The notes beneath the pieces were generated by a model. It saw nothing but the letters and a program-made list of their open reading frames with translations, searched no databases and was not told the DNA's origin. DNA of 64,000 bases from the human T2T-CHM13v2.0 reference genome, Homo sapiens. This document shows positions 12,201 to 25,997 of the stretch, in pieces. The stretch lies in NCBI RefSeq assembly GCF_009914755.1, contig NC_060939.1; one strand, given 5' to 3'. A program made the position numbers and the translations under genes. Each line of letters opens with the position of its first letter. Position 1 is the stretch's first letter.

Positions 12201-15200
12201 TCGATTACATTCCATGCGATTCCATTCGAAATCGAATCAATTACATTGCAATCCATTACTATTGAGTCCGTTTTATTCCAGTCCACTGCATTCTGGTCCA
12301 TTCCATTTGATTCCATTCCATTCTATTCCATTCCATACAGTTGCATTCCATTGGATTCCATGCTATATCTATAAATTCAATTCGAGACCATTGCTTTTGA
12401 GTCCATTCTATATGATTCCATTCCATTCAAGTCCATTACATTTGGTTCAATTCCATTCCATTCCATTCCCTTCCATTCCATTCCATTTGATATCAATCCA
12501 TTCGATTCCATTCCATTCGAGCACATTCCATTCGAGTCCATTCCATTCGATGCCATTCCATTTGATTCTATTCCATTAGTCTCCATTCAATTCCATTAAT
12601 CTCCATTCCATTCCATTCTACTCCAACTGATTCCATTCCATTCTATTCCTTTCCATTCCATTTCATTCCATTCCATTCCATTTCATTCCATTCCATTCCA
12701 TTCGTGTCCATTCCACTCCAGTCCGTTCCATTCGTGTCCATTCCATTCCAGTCCATTCCATTTGTGTCCACTGCATTCCATTCCACTCCATTCCATATTA
12801 TTCCATTACACTCCATTCCATTCTATTACTTTCATTTCCATTCAATTCCATTCCATTTGATTCCATTCCACTCGGTTTCATTCCATTTGAGTCCACTCCA
12901 TTCCATTGCATTCCATTCAGTTCCATTCCATTCTGTTCCATTCCATTCCGTTCCATTACATTCCATTCCATTCGGTACCATTCCATATTGTTCCATTCGA
13001 TTCCATTCGAATCCATTCCATTCCAGTCCATTCCATTCGATTCCATTCCATTCATTTCAATTCCATTCCATTCCATTCCATTACATTCCACTTGATTCCT
13101 CTCCATTCCCTTCCACTGCATTCCGTTCGATTCCATTCCATTGCATTGCATTCCATTCCATTGTATTGCATTCCATTCGATTCCATTCCATTCGAATCAA
13201 TTACATAGCAATCCATTACATTCGAGTCTATTCTCTTCCGTTCCATTCGATTTCGTTCCAATCCATTCGATTCCATTCCATTCGATTCCATTCCATACTA
13301 TTGCATTCCATTCGATTACATTATATTCGAATAAGTTCCATTCAAGACCATTTCTTTTGAGTCCATTCTATTTGAGTCCATTCCCTTTGAATCCATAACA
13401 TTTGAGTCCATTCAATTCCATTCCTTTCGTTTTCATTCCATTTGATGCCATTCCATTCAATTCTGTTCTACTCGACTCCAATACATTCAATTCCATTCCA
13501 TCCGATTCCATTACATTCTTTTCATTTCTTATCCATTTCAAGCCATTCCACTCCATTCCATTCCACTCGTTTCCTTTCCATTCGAGTCCATTCCTCTCCA
13601 GTCCATTCCGTTCAATCCATTCCATTCCAGTCCATTCCATTCGAGTCCGTTCCATTCCAGTCCATTCCATTCGAGTCAATTCCATTCCATTCGATGTCTT
13701 TCCATAACGATCCATTCCATTCTATTCCTTTCGATTCCATTCCATTCTATTTCATTCCATTCGATTCCCTTCCATTGGACTCCTTTCCATTCGAGTGCAT
13801 TCCATTCCGTTCCATTTCTTTCCGTTCTTTACGATTCCTACCGTTCGATTTCATTTTGTTCCAGTCCATTCTTTCGCGTCCATTCCATTCCATTTCACTC
13901 CATTCGATTCCATTCCACTCGATTCCACTTCGTTCCATTTCATTGCATTCCATTCTATTCAACTCTATTGCCTTCCATTCCATTCCATTCCATTACATTC
14001 CATGCGATTCCATTCGAAATCGAATCAATTACATTGCAATCCATTACTATTGAGTCCGTTTTATTCCAGTCCACTGCATTCTGGTCCATTCCATTTGATT
14101 CCATTCCATTCTATTCCATTGCATACAGTTGCATTCCATTGGATTCCATGCTATATCTATAAATTCAATTCGAGACCATTGCTTTTGAGTCCATTCTATA
14201 TGATTCCATTCCATTCAAGTCCATTACATTTGGTTAAATTCCATTCCATTCGGTTCAATTCCATTCCATTCCATTCCCTTCCATTCCATTCCAGTTGATA
14301 TCAATCCATTCGATTCCATTCCATTCGAGCACATTCCATTCGAGTCCATTCCATTCGATGCCATTCCATTTGATTCTATTCCATTAGTCTCCATTCAATT
14401 CCATTAATCTCCATTCCATTCCATTCTACTCCAACTGATTCCATTCCATTCTATTCTTTTCCATTCCATTTCATTCCATTCCATTCCATTCCATTCCATT
14501 CCATTCCATTCGTGTCCATTCCACTCCAGTCCATTCCATTCGTATCCATTCCATTCCAGTCCATTCCATTTGTGTCCACTGCATTCCATTCCACTCCATT
14601 CCATATTATTCCATTACACTCCATTCCATTCTATTACTTTCATTTCCATTCAATTCCATTCCATTTGATTCCATTCCACTCGGTTTCATTCCATTTGAGT
14701 CCACTCCATTCCATTCCATTCCATTCAGTTCCATTCCATTCTGTTCCATTCCATTCCGTTCCATTACATTCCATTCCATTCGGTATCATTCCATATTGTT
14801 CCATTCGATTCCATTCGAATCCATTCCATTCCAGTCCATTCCATTCGATTCCATTCCATTCATTTCAATTCCATTCCATTCCATTCCATTACATTCCACT
14901 TGATTCCTCTCCATTCCCTTCCACTGCATTCCGTTCAATTCCATTCCATTGCATTGCATTCCATTCCATTGGATTGCATTCCATTCGATTCCATTCCATT
15001 CGAATCAATTACATAGCAATCCATTACATTCGAGTCTATTCTCTTCCGTTCCATTCGATTTCGTTCCAATCCATTCGATTCCATTCCATTCGATTCCATT
15101 CCATACTATTGCATTCCATTCGATTACATTATATTCGAATACGTTCCATTCAAGACCATTTCTTTTGAGTCCATTCTATTTGAGTCCATTCCCTTTGATT

Positions 15201-18200
15201 CCATAACATTTGAGTCCATTCAATTCCATTCCTTTCGTTTCCATTCCATTTGATGCCATTCCATTCAATTCTGTTCTACTCGACTCCAATACATTCAATT
15301 CCATTCCATCCGATTCCATTACATTCTTTTCATTTCTTATCCATTTCAAGCCATTCCACTCCATTCCATTCCACTCGTTTCCTTTCCATTCGAGTCCATT
15401 CCTCTCCAGTCCATTCCGTTCAATCCATTCCATTCCAGTCCATTCCATTCGAGTCCGTTCCATTCCAGTCCATTCCATTCGAGTCAATTCCATTCCATTC
15501 GATGTCTTTCCATAACGATCCATTCCATTCTATTCCTTTCGATTCCATTCCATTCTATTTCATTCCATTCGATTCCCTTCCATTGGACTCCTTTCCATTC
15601 GAGTGCATTCCATTCCGTTCCATTTCTTTCCGTTCTGTACGATTCCTACCGTTCGATTTCATTTTGTTCCAGTCCATTCTTTCGCGTCCATTCCATTCCA
15701 TTTCACTCCATTCGATTCCATTCCACTCGATTCCACTTCGTTCCATTTCATTGCATTCCATTCTATTCAACTCTATTGCCTTCCATTCCATTCCATTCGA
15801 TTACATTCCATGCGATTCCATTCGAAATCGAATCAATTACATTGCAATCCATTACTATTGAGTCCGTTTTATTCCAGTCCACTGCATTCTGGTCCATTCC
15901 ATTTGATTCCATTCCATTCTATTCCATTCCATACAGTTGCATTCCATTGGATTCCATGCTATATCTATAAATTCAATTCGAGACCATTGCTTTTGAGTCC
16001 ATTCTATATGATTCCATTCCATTCAAGTCCATTACATTTGGTTCAATTCCATTCCATTCCATTCCCTTCCATTCCATTCCAGTTGATATCAATCCCTTCG
16101 ATTCCATTCCATTCGAGCACATTCCATTCGAGTCCATTCCATTCGATGCCATTCCATTTGATTCTATTCCATTAGTCTCCATTCAATTCCATTAATCTCC
16201 ATTCCATTCCATTCTACTCCAACTGATTCCATTCCATTCTATTCCTTTCCATTCCATTTCATTCCATTCCATTCCATTCCATTCCATTCCATTCCATTCG
16301 TGTCCATTCCACTCCAGTCCATTCCATTCGTGTCCATTCCATTCCAGTCCATTCCATTTGTGTCCACTGCATTCCATTCCACTCCATTCCATATTATTCC
16401 ATTACACTCCATTCCATTCTATCACTTTCATTTCCATTCAATTCCATTCCATTTGATTCCATTCCACTCGGTTTCATTCCATTTGAGTCCACTCCATTCC
16501 ATTCCATTCCATTCCATTCAGTTCCATTCCATTCTGTTCCATTCCATTCCGTTCCATTACATTCCATTCCATTCGGTACCATTCCATATTGTTCCATTCG
16601 ATTCCATTCGAATCCATTCCATTCCAGTCCATTCCATTCGATTCCATTCCATTCATTTCAACTCCATTCCATTCCATTCCATTACATTCCACTTGATTCC
16701 TCTCCATTCCTTTCCACTGCATTCCGTTCGATTCCATTCCATTGCATTGCATTCCATTCCATTGGATTGCATTCCATTCGATTCCATTCCATTCGAATCA
16801 ATTACATAGCAATCCATTACATTCGAGTCTATTCTATTCCGTTCCATTCGATTTCGTTCCAATCCATTCGATTCCATTCCATTCGATTCCATTCCATACT
16901 ATTGCATTCCATTCGATTACATTATATTCGAATAAGTTCCATTCAATACCATTTCTTTTGAGTCCATTCTATTTGAGTCAATTCCCTTTGATTCCATAAC
17001 ATTTGAGTCCATTCAATTCCATTCCTTTCGTTTCCATTCCATTTGATTCCATTCCATTCAATTCTGTTCTACTCGACTCCAATACATTCAATTCCATTCC
17101 ATCCGATTCCATTACATTCTTTTCATTTCTTATCCATTTCAAGCCATTCCACTCCATTCCATTCCACTCGTTTCCTTTCCATTCGAGTCCATTCCTCTCC
17201 AGTCCATTCCGTTCAATCCATTCCATTCCAGTCCATTCCATTCGAGTCCGTTCCATTCCAGTCCATTCCATTCGAGTCAATTCCATTCCATTCGATGTCT
17301 TTCCATAACGATCTATTCCATTCTATTCCTTTCGATTCCATTCCATTCTATTTCATTCCATTCGATTCCCTTCCATTGGACTCCTTTCCATTCGAGTGCA
17401 TTCCATTCCTTTCCATTTCTTTCCGTTCTGTACGATTCCTACCGTTCGATTTCATTTTGTTCCAGTCCATTCCTTTCGCGTCCATTCCATTCCATTTCAC
17501 TCCATTCGATTCCATTCCACTCGATTCCACTTCGTTCCATTTCATTGCATTCCATTCTATTCAACTCTATTGCCTTCCATTCCATTCCATTCGATTACAT
17601 TCCATGCGATTCCATTCGAAATCGAATCAATTACATTGCAATCCATTACTATTGAGTCCGTTTTATTCCAGTCCACTGCATTCTGGTCCATTCCATTTGA
17701 TTCCATTCCATTCTATTCCATTCCATACAGTTGCATTCCATTGGATTCCATGCTATATCTATAAATTCAATTCGAGACCATTGCTTTTGAGTCCATTCTA
17801 TATGATTCCATTCCATTCAAATCCATTACTTTTGGTTCAATTCCATTCCATTCCATTCCCTTCCATTCCATTCCATTTGATATCAATCCATTCGATTCCA
17901 TTCCATTCGAGCACATTCCATTCGAGTCCATTCCATTCGATGCCATTCCATTTGATTCTATTCCATTAGTCTCCATTCAATTCCATTAATCTCCATTCCA
18001 TTCCATTCTACTCCAACTGATTCCATTCCATTCTATTCCTTTCCATTCCATTTCATTCCATTCCATTCCATTTCATTCCATTCCATTCCATTCGTGTCCA
18101 TTCCACTCCAGTCCATTCCATTCGTGTCCATTCCATTCCAGTCCATTCCATTTGTGTCCACTGCATTCCATTCCACTCCATTCCATATTATTCCATTACA

Positions 18201-21200
18201 CTCCATTCCATTCTATCACTTTCATTTCCATTCAATTCCATTCCATTTGATTCCATTCCACTCGGTTTCATTCCATTTGAGTCCACTCCATTCCATTCCA
18301 TTGCATTCCATTCAGTTCCATTCCATTCTGTTCCATTCCATTCCGTTCCATTACATTCCATTCCATTCGGTACCATTCCATATTGTTCCATTCGATTCCA
18401 TTCGAATCCATTCCATTCCAGTCCATTCCATTCGATTCCATTCCATTCATTTCAATTCCATTCCATTCCATTCCATTACATTCCACTTGATTCCTCTCCA
18501 TTCCCTTCCACTGCATTCCGTTCGATTCCATTCCATTGCATTGCATTCCATTCCATTGGATTGCATTCCATTCGATTCCATTCCATTCGAATCAATTACA
18601 TAGCAATCCATTACATTCGAGTCTATTCTCTTCCGTTCCATTCGATTTCGTTCCAATCCATTCGATTCCATTCCATTCGATTCCATTCCATACTATTGCA
18701 TTCCATTCGATTACATTCTATTCGAATAAGTTCCATTCAAGACCATTTCTTTTGAGTCCATTCTATTTGAGTCCATTCCCTTTGATTCCATAACATTTGA
18801 GTCCATTCAATTCCATTCCTTTCGTTTCCATTCCATTTGATGCCATTCCATTCAATTCTGTTCTACTCGACTCCAATACACTCAATTCCATTCCATCCGA
18901 TTCCATTACATTCTTTTCATTTCTTATCCATTTCAAGCCATTCCACTCCATTCCATTCCACTCGTTTCCTTTCCATTCGAGTCCATTCCTCTCCAGTCCA
19001 TTCCGTTCAATCCATTCCATTCCAGTCCATTCCATTCGAGTCCGTTCCATTCCAGTCCATTCCATTCGAGTCAATTCCATTCCATTCGATGTCTTTCCAT
19101 AACGATCCATTCCATTCTATTCCTTTCGATTCCATTCCATTCTATTTCATTCCATTCGATTCCCTTCCATTGGACTCCTTTCCATTCGAGTGCATTCCAT
19201 TCCTTTCCATTTCTTTCCGTTCTGTACGATTCCTACCGTTCGATTTCATTTTGTTCCAGTCCATTCCTTTCGCGTCCATTCCATTCCATTTCACTCCATT
19301 CGGTTCCATTCCACTCGATTCCACTTCGTTCCATTTCATTGCATTCCATTCTATTCAACTCTATTGCCTTCCATTCCATTCCATTCGATTACATTCCATG
19401 CGATTCCATTCGAAATCGAATCAATTACATTGCAATCCATTACTATTGAGTCCGTTTTATTCCAGTCCACTGCATTCTGGTCCATTCCATTTGATTCCAT
19501 TCCATTCTATTCCATTCCATACAGTTGCATTCCATTGGATTCCATGCTATATCTATAAATTCAATTCGAGACCATTGCTTTTGAGTCCATTCTATATGAT
19601 TCCATTCCATTCAAGTCCATTACATTTGGTTCAATTCCATTCCATTCCATTCCCTTCCATTCCATTCCATTTGATATCAATCCATTCGATTCCATTCCAT
19701 TCGAGCACATTCCATTCGAGTCCATTCCATTCGATGCCATTCCATTTGATTCTATTCCATTAGTCTCCATTCAATTCCATTAATCTCCATTCCATTCCAT
19801 TCTACTCCAACTGATTCCATTCCATTCTATTCCTTTCCATTCCATTTCATTCCATTCCATTCCATTTCATTCCATTCCATTCCATTCGTGTCCATTCCAC
19901 TCCAGTCCATTCCATTCGTGTCCATTCCATTCCAGTCCATTCCATTTGTGTCCACTGCATTCCATTCCACTCCATTCCATATTATTCCATTACACTCCAT
20001 TCCATTCTATTACTTTCATTTCCATTCAATTCCATTCCATTTGATTCCATTCCACTCGGTTTCATTCCATTTGAGTCCACTCCATTCCATTCCATTCCAT
20101 TCCATTCCATTCAGTTCCATTCCATTCTGTTCCATTCCATTCCGTTCCATTACATTCCATTCCATTCGGTACCATTCCATATTGTTCCATTCGATTCCAT
20201 TCGAATCCATTCCATTCCAGTCCATTCCATTCGATTCCATTCCATTCATTTCAATTCCATTCCATTCCATTCCATTACATTCCACTTGATTCCTCTCCAT
20301 TCCCTTCCACTGCATTCCGTTCGATTCCATTCCATTGTATTGCATTCCATTCCATTGGATTGCATTCCATTCGATTCCATTCCATTCGAAACAATTACAT
20401 AGCAATCCATTACATTCGAGTCTATTCTCTTCCGTTCCATTCGATTTCGTTCCAATCCATTCGATTCCATTCCATTCGATTCCATTCCATGCTATTGCAT
20501 TCCATTCTATTACATTATATTCGAATAAGTTCCATTCAAGACCATTTCTTTTGAGTCCATTCTATTTGAGTCCATTCCCTTTGATTCCATAACATTTGAG
20601 TCCATTCAATTCCATTCCTTTCGTTTCCATTCCATTTGATGCCATTCCATTCAATTCTGTTCTACTCGACTCCAATACATTCAATTCCATTCCATCCGAT
20701 TCCATTACATTCTTTTCATTTCTTATCCATTTCAAGCCATTCCACTCCATTCCATTACACTCGTTTCCTTTCCATTCGTGTCCATTCCTCTCCAGTCCAT
20801 TCCGTTCAATCCATTCCATTCCAGTCCATTCCATTCGAGTCCGTTCCATTCTAGTCCATTCCATTCGAGTCAATTCCATTCCATTCGATGTCTTTCCATA
20901 ACGATCCATTCCATTCTATTCCTTTCGATTCCATTCCATTCTATTTCATTCCATTTGATTCCCTTCCATTGGACTCCTTTCCATTCGAGTGCATTCCATT
21001 CCGTTCCATTTCTTTCCGTTCTGTACGATTCCTACCGTTCGATTTCATTTTGTTCCAGTCCATTCCTTTCGCGTCCATTCCATTCCATTTCACTCCATTC
21101 GATTCCATTCCACTCGATTCCACTTCGTTCCATTTCATTGCATTCCATTCTATTCAACTCTATTGCCTTCCATTCCATTCCATTCGATTACATTCCATGC

Positions 21201-24200
21201 GATTCCATTCGAAATCGAATCAATTACATTGCAATCCATTACTATTGAGTCCGTTTTATTCCAGTCCACTGCATTCTGGTCCATTCCATTTGATTCCATT
21301 CCATTCTATTCCATTCCATACAGTTGCATTCCATTGGATTCCATGCTATATCTATAAATTCAATTCGAGACCATTGCTTTTGAGTCCATTCTATATGATT
21401 CCATTCCATTCAAGTCCATTACATTTGGTTCAATTCCATTCCATTCCATTCCCTTCCATTCCATTCCATTTGATATCAATCCATTCGATTCCATTCCATT
21501 CGAGCACATTCCATTCGAGTCCATTCCATTCGATGCCATTCCATTTGATTCTATTCCATTAGTCTCCATTCAATTCCATTAATCTCCATTCCATTCCATT
21601 CTATTCCAACTGATTCCATTCCATTCTATTCCTTTCCATTCCATTTCATTCCATTCCATTCCATTTCATTCCATTCCATTCCATTCGTGTCCATTCCACT
21701 CCAGTCCATTCCATTCGTGTCCATTCCATTCCAGTCCATTCCATTTGTGTCCACTGCATTCCATTCCACTCCATTCCATATTATTCCATTACACTCCATT
21801 CCATTCTATTACTTTCATTTCCATTCAATTCCATTCCATTTGATTCCATTCCACTCGGTTTCATTCCATTTGAGTCCACTCCATTCCATTCCATTCCATT
21901 CCATTCAGTTCCATTCCATTCTGTTCCATTCCATTCCGTTCCATTACATTCCATTCCATTCGGTACCATTCCATATTGTTCCATTCGATTCCATTCGAAT
22001 CCATTCCATTCCAGTCCATTCCATTCGATTCCATTCCATTCATTTCAATTCCATTCCATTCCATTCCATTACATTCCACTTGATTCCTCTCCATTCCCTT
22101 CCACTGCATTCCGTTCGATTCCATTCCATTGCATTGCATTCCATTCCATTGGATTGCATTCCATTCGATTCCATTCCATTCGAATCAATTACATAGCAAT
22201 CCATTACATTCGAGTCTATTCTATTCCGTTCCATTCGATTTCGTTCCAATCCATTCGATTCCATTCCATTCGATTCCATTCCATACTATTGCATTCCATT
22301 CGATTACATTATATTCGAATAAGTTCCATTCAAGACCATTTCTTTTGAGTCCATTCTATTTGAGTCCATTCCCTTTGATTCCATAACATTTGAGTCCATT
22401 CAATTCCATTCCTTTCGTTTCCATTCCATTTGATGCCATTCCATTCAATTCTGTTCTACTCGACTCCAATACATTCAATTCCATTCCATCCGATTCCATT
22501 ACATTCTTTTCATTTCTTATCCATTTCAAGCCATTCCACTCCATTCCATTCCACTCATTTCCTTTCCATTCGAGTCCATTCCTCTCCAGTCCATTCCGTT
22601 CAATCCATTCCATTCCAGTCCATTCCATTCGAGTCCGTTCCATTCCAGTCCATTCCATTCGAGTCAATTCCATTCCATTCGATGTCTTTCCATAACGATC
22701 CATTCCATTCTATTCCTTTCGATTCCATTCCATTCTATTTCATTCCATTCGATTCCCTTCCATTGGACTCCTTTCCATTCGAGTGCATTCCATTCCGTTC
22801 CATTTATTTCCGTTCTTTACGATTCCTACCGTTCGATTTCATTTTGTTCCAGTCCATTCCTTTCGCGTCCATTCCATTCCATTTCACTCCATTCGATTCC
22901 ATTCCACTCGATTCCACTTCGTTCCATTTCATTGCATTCCATTCTATTCAACTCTATTGCCTTCCATTCCATTCCATTCGATTACATTCCATGCGATTCC
23001 ATTCGAAATCGAATCAATTACATTGCAATCCATTACTATTGAGTCCGTTTTATTCCAGTCCACTGCATTCTGGTCCATTCCATTTGATTCCATTCCATTC
23101 TATTCCATTCCATACAGTTGCATTCCATTGGATTCCATGCTATATCTATAAATTCAATTCGAGACCATTGCTTTTGAGTCCATTCTATATGATTCCATTC
23201 CATTCAAATCCATTACATTTGGTTCAATTCCATTCCATTCCATTCCCTTCCATTCCATTCCATTTGATATCAATCCATTCGATTCCATTCCATTCGAGCA
23301 CATTCCATTCGTGTCCATTCCATTCGATGCCATTCCATTTGATTCTATTCCATTAGTCTCCATTCAATTCCATTAATCTCCATTCCATTCCATTCTACTC
23401 CAACTGATTCCATTCCATTCTATTCCTTTCCATTCCATTTCATTCCATTCCATTCCATTTCATTCCATTCCATTCCATTCGTGTCCATTCCACTCCAGTC
23501 CATTCCATTCGTGTCCATTCCATTCCAGTCCATTCCATTTGTGTCCACTGCATTCCATTCCACTCCATTCCATATTATTCCATTACACTCCATTCCATTC
23601 TATTACTTTCATTTCCATTCAATTCCATTCCATTTGATTCCATTCCACTCGGTTTCATTCCATTTGAGTCCACTCCATTCCATTCCATTCCATTCCATTC
23701 AGTTCCATTCCATTCTGTTCCATTCCATTCCGTTCCATTACATTCCATTCCATTCGGTACCATTCCATATTGTTCCATTCGATTCCATTCGAATCCATTC
23801 CATTCCAGTCCATTCCATTCGATTCCATTCCATTCATTTCAATTCCATTCCATTCCATTCCATTACATTCCACTTGATTCCTCTCCATTCCCTTCCACTG
23901 CATTCCGTTCGATTCCGTTCCATTGCATTGCATTCCATTCCATTGGATTGCATTCCATTCGATTCCATTCCATTCGAATCAATTACATAGCAATCCATTA
24001 CATTCGAGTCTATTCTATTCCGTTCCATTCGATTTCGTTCCAATCCATTCGATTCCATTCCATTCGATTCCATTCCATACTATTGCATTCCATTCGATTA
24101 CATTATATTCGAATAAGTTCCATTCAAGACCATTTCTTTTGAGTCCATTCTATTTGAGTCCATTCCCTTTGATTCCATAACATTTGAGTCCATTCAATTC

Positions 24201-25997
24201 CATTCCTTTCGTTTCCATTCCATTTGATGCCATTCCATTCAATTCTGTTCTACTCGACTCCAATACATTCAATTCCATTCCATCCGATTCCATTACATTC
24301 TTTTCATTTCTTATCCATTTCAAGCCATTCCACTCCATTCCATTCCACTCGTTTCCTTTCCATTCGAGTCCATTCCTCTCCAGTCCATTCCGTTCAATCC
24401 ATTCCATTCCAGTCCATTCCATTCGAGTCCGTTCCATTCCAGTCCATTCCATTCGAGTCAATTCCATTCCATTCGATGTCTTTCCATAACGATCCATTCC
24501 ATTCTATTCCTTTCGATTCCATTCCATTCTATTTCATTCCATTCGATTCCCTTCCATTGGACTCCTTTCCATTCGAGTGCATTCCATTCCGTTCCATTTA
24601 TTTCCGTTCTTTACGATTCCTACCGTTCGATTTCATTTTGTTCCAGTCCATTCCTTTCGCGTCCATTCCATTCCATTTCACTCCATTCGATTCCATTCCA
24701 CTCGATTCCACTTCGTTCCATTTCATTGCATTCCATTCTATTCAACTCTATTGCCTTCCATTCCATTCCATTCGATTACATTCCATGCGATTCCATTCGA
24801 AATCGAATCAATTACATTGCAATCCATTACTATTGAGTCCGTTTTATTCCAGTCCACTGCATTCTGGTCCATTCCATTTGATTCCATTCCATTCTATTCC
24901 ATTCCATACAGTTGCATTCCATTGGATTCCATGCTATATCTATAAATTCAATTCGAGACCATTGCTTTTGAGTCCATTCTATATGATTCCATTCCATTCA
25001 AATCCATTACATTTGGTTCAATTCCATTCCATTCCATTCCCTTCCATTCCATTCCATTTGATATCAATCCATTCGATTCCATTCCATTCGAGCACATTCC
25101 ATTCGAGTCCATTCCATTCGATGCCATTCCATTTGATTCTATTCCATTAGTCTCCATTCAATTCCATTAATCTCCATTCCATTCCATTCTACTCCAACTG
25201 ATTCCATTCCATTCTATTCCTTTCCATTCCATTTCATTCCATTCCATTCCATTTCATTCCATTCCATTCCATTTCATTCCATTCCATTCCATTCGTGTCC
25301 ATTCCACTCCAGTCCATTCCATTCGTGTCCATTCCATTCCAGTCCATTCCATTTGTGTCCACTGCATTCCATTCCACTCCATTCCATATTATTCCATTAC
25401 ACTCCATTCCATTCTATCACTTTCATTTCCATTCAATTCCATTCCATTTGATTCCATTCCACTCGGTTTCATTCCATTTGAGTCCACTCCGTTCCATTCC
25501 ATTGCATTCCATTCAGTTCCATTCCATTCTGTTCCATTCCATTCCGTTCCACTACATTCCATTCCATTCGGTACCATTCCATATTGTTCCATTCGATTCC
25601 ATTCGAATCCATTCCATTCCAGTCCATTCCATTCGATTCCATTCCATTCATTTCAATTCCATTCCATTCCATTCCATTACATTCCACTTGATTCCTCTCC
25701 ATTCCCTTCCACTGCATTCCGTTCGATTCCATTCCATTGCATTGCATTCCATTCCATTGGATTGCATTCCATTCGATTCCATTCCATTCGAATCAATTAC
25801 ATAGCAATCCATTACATTCGAGTCTATTCTCTTCCGTTCCATTCGATTTCATTCCAATCCATTCGATTCCATTCCATTCGATTCCATTCCATACTATTGC
25901 ATTCCATTCGATTACATTATATTCGAATAAGTTCCATTCAAGACCATTTCTTTTGAGTCCATTCTATTTGAGTCCATTCCCTTTGATTCCATAACAT

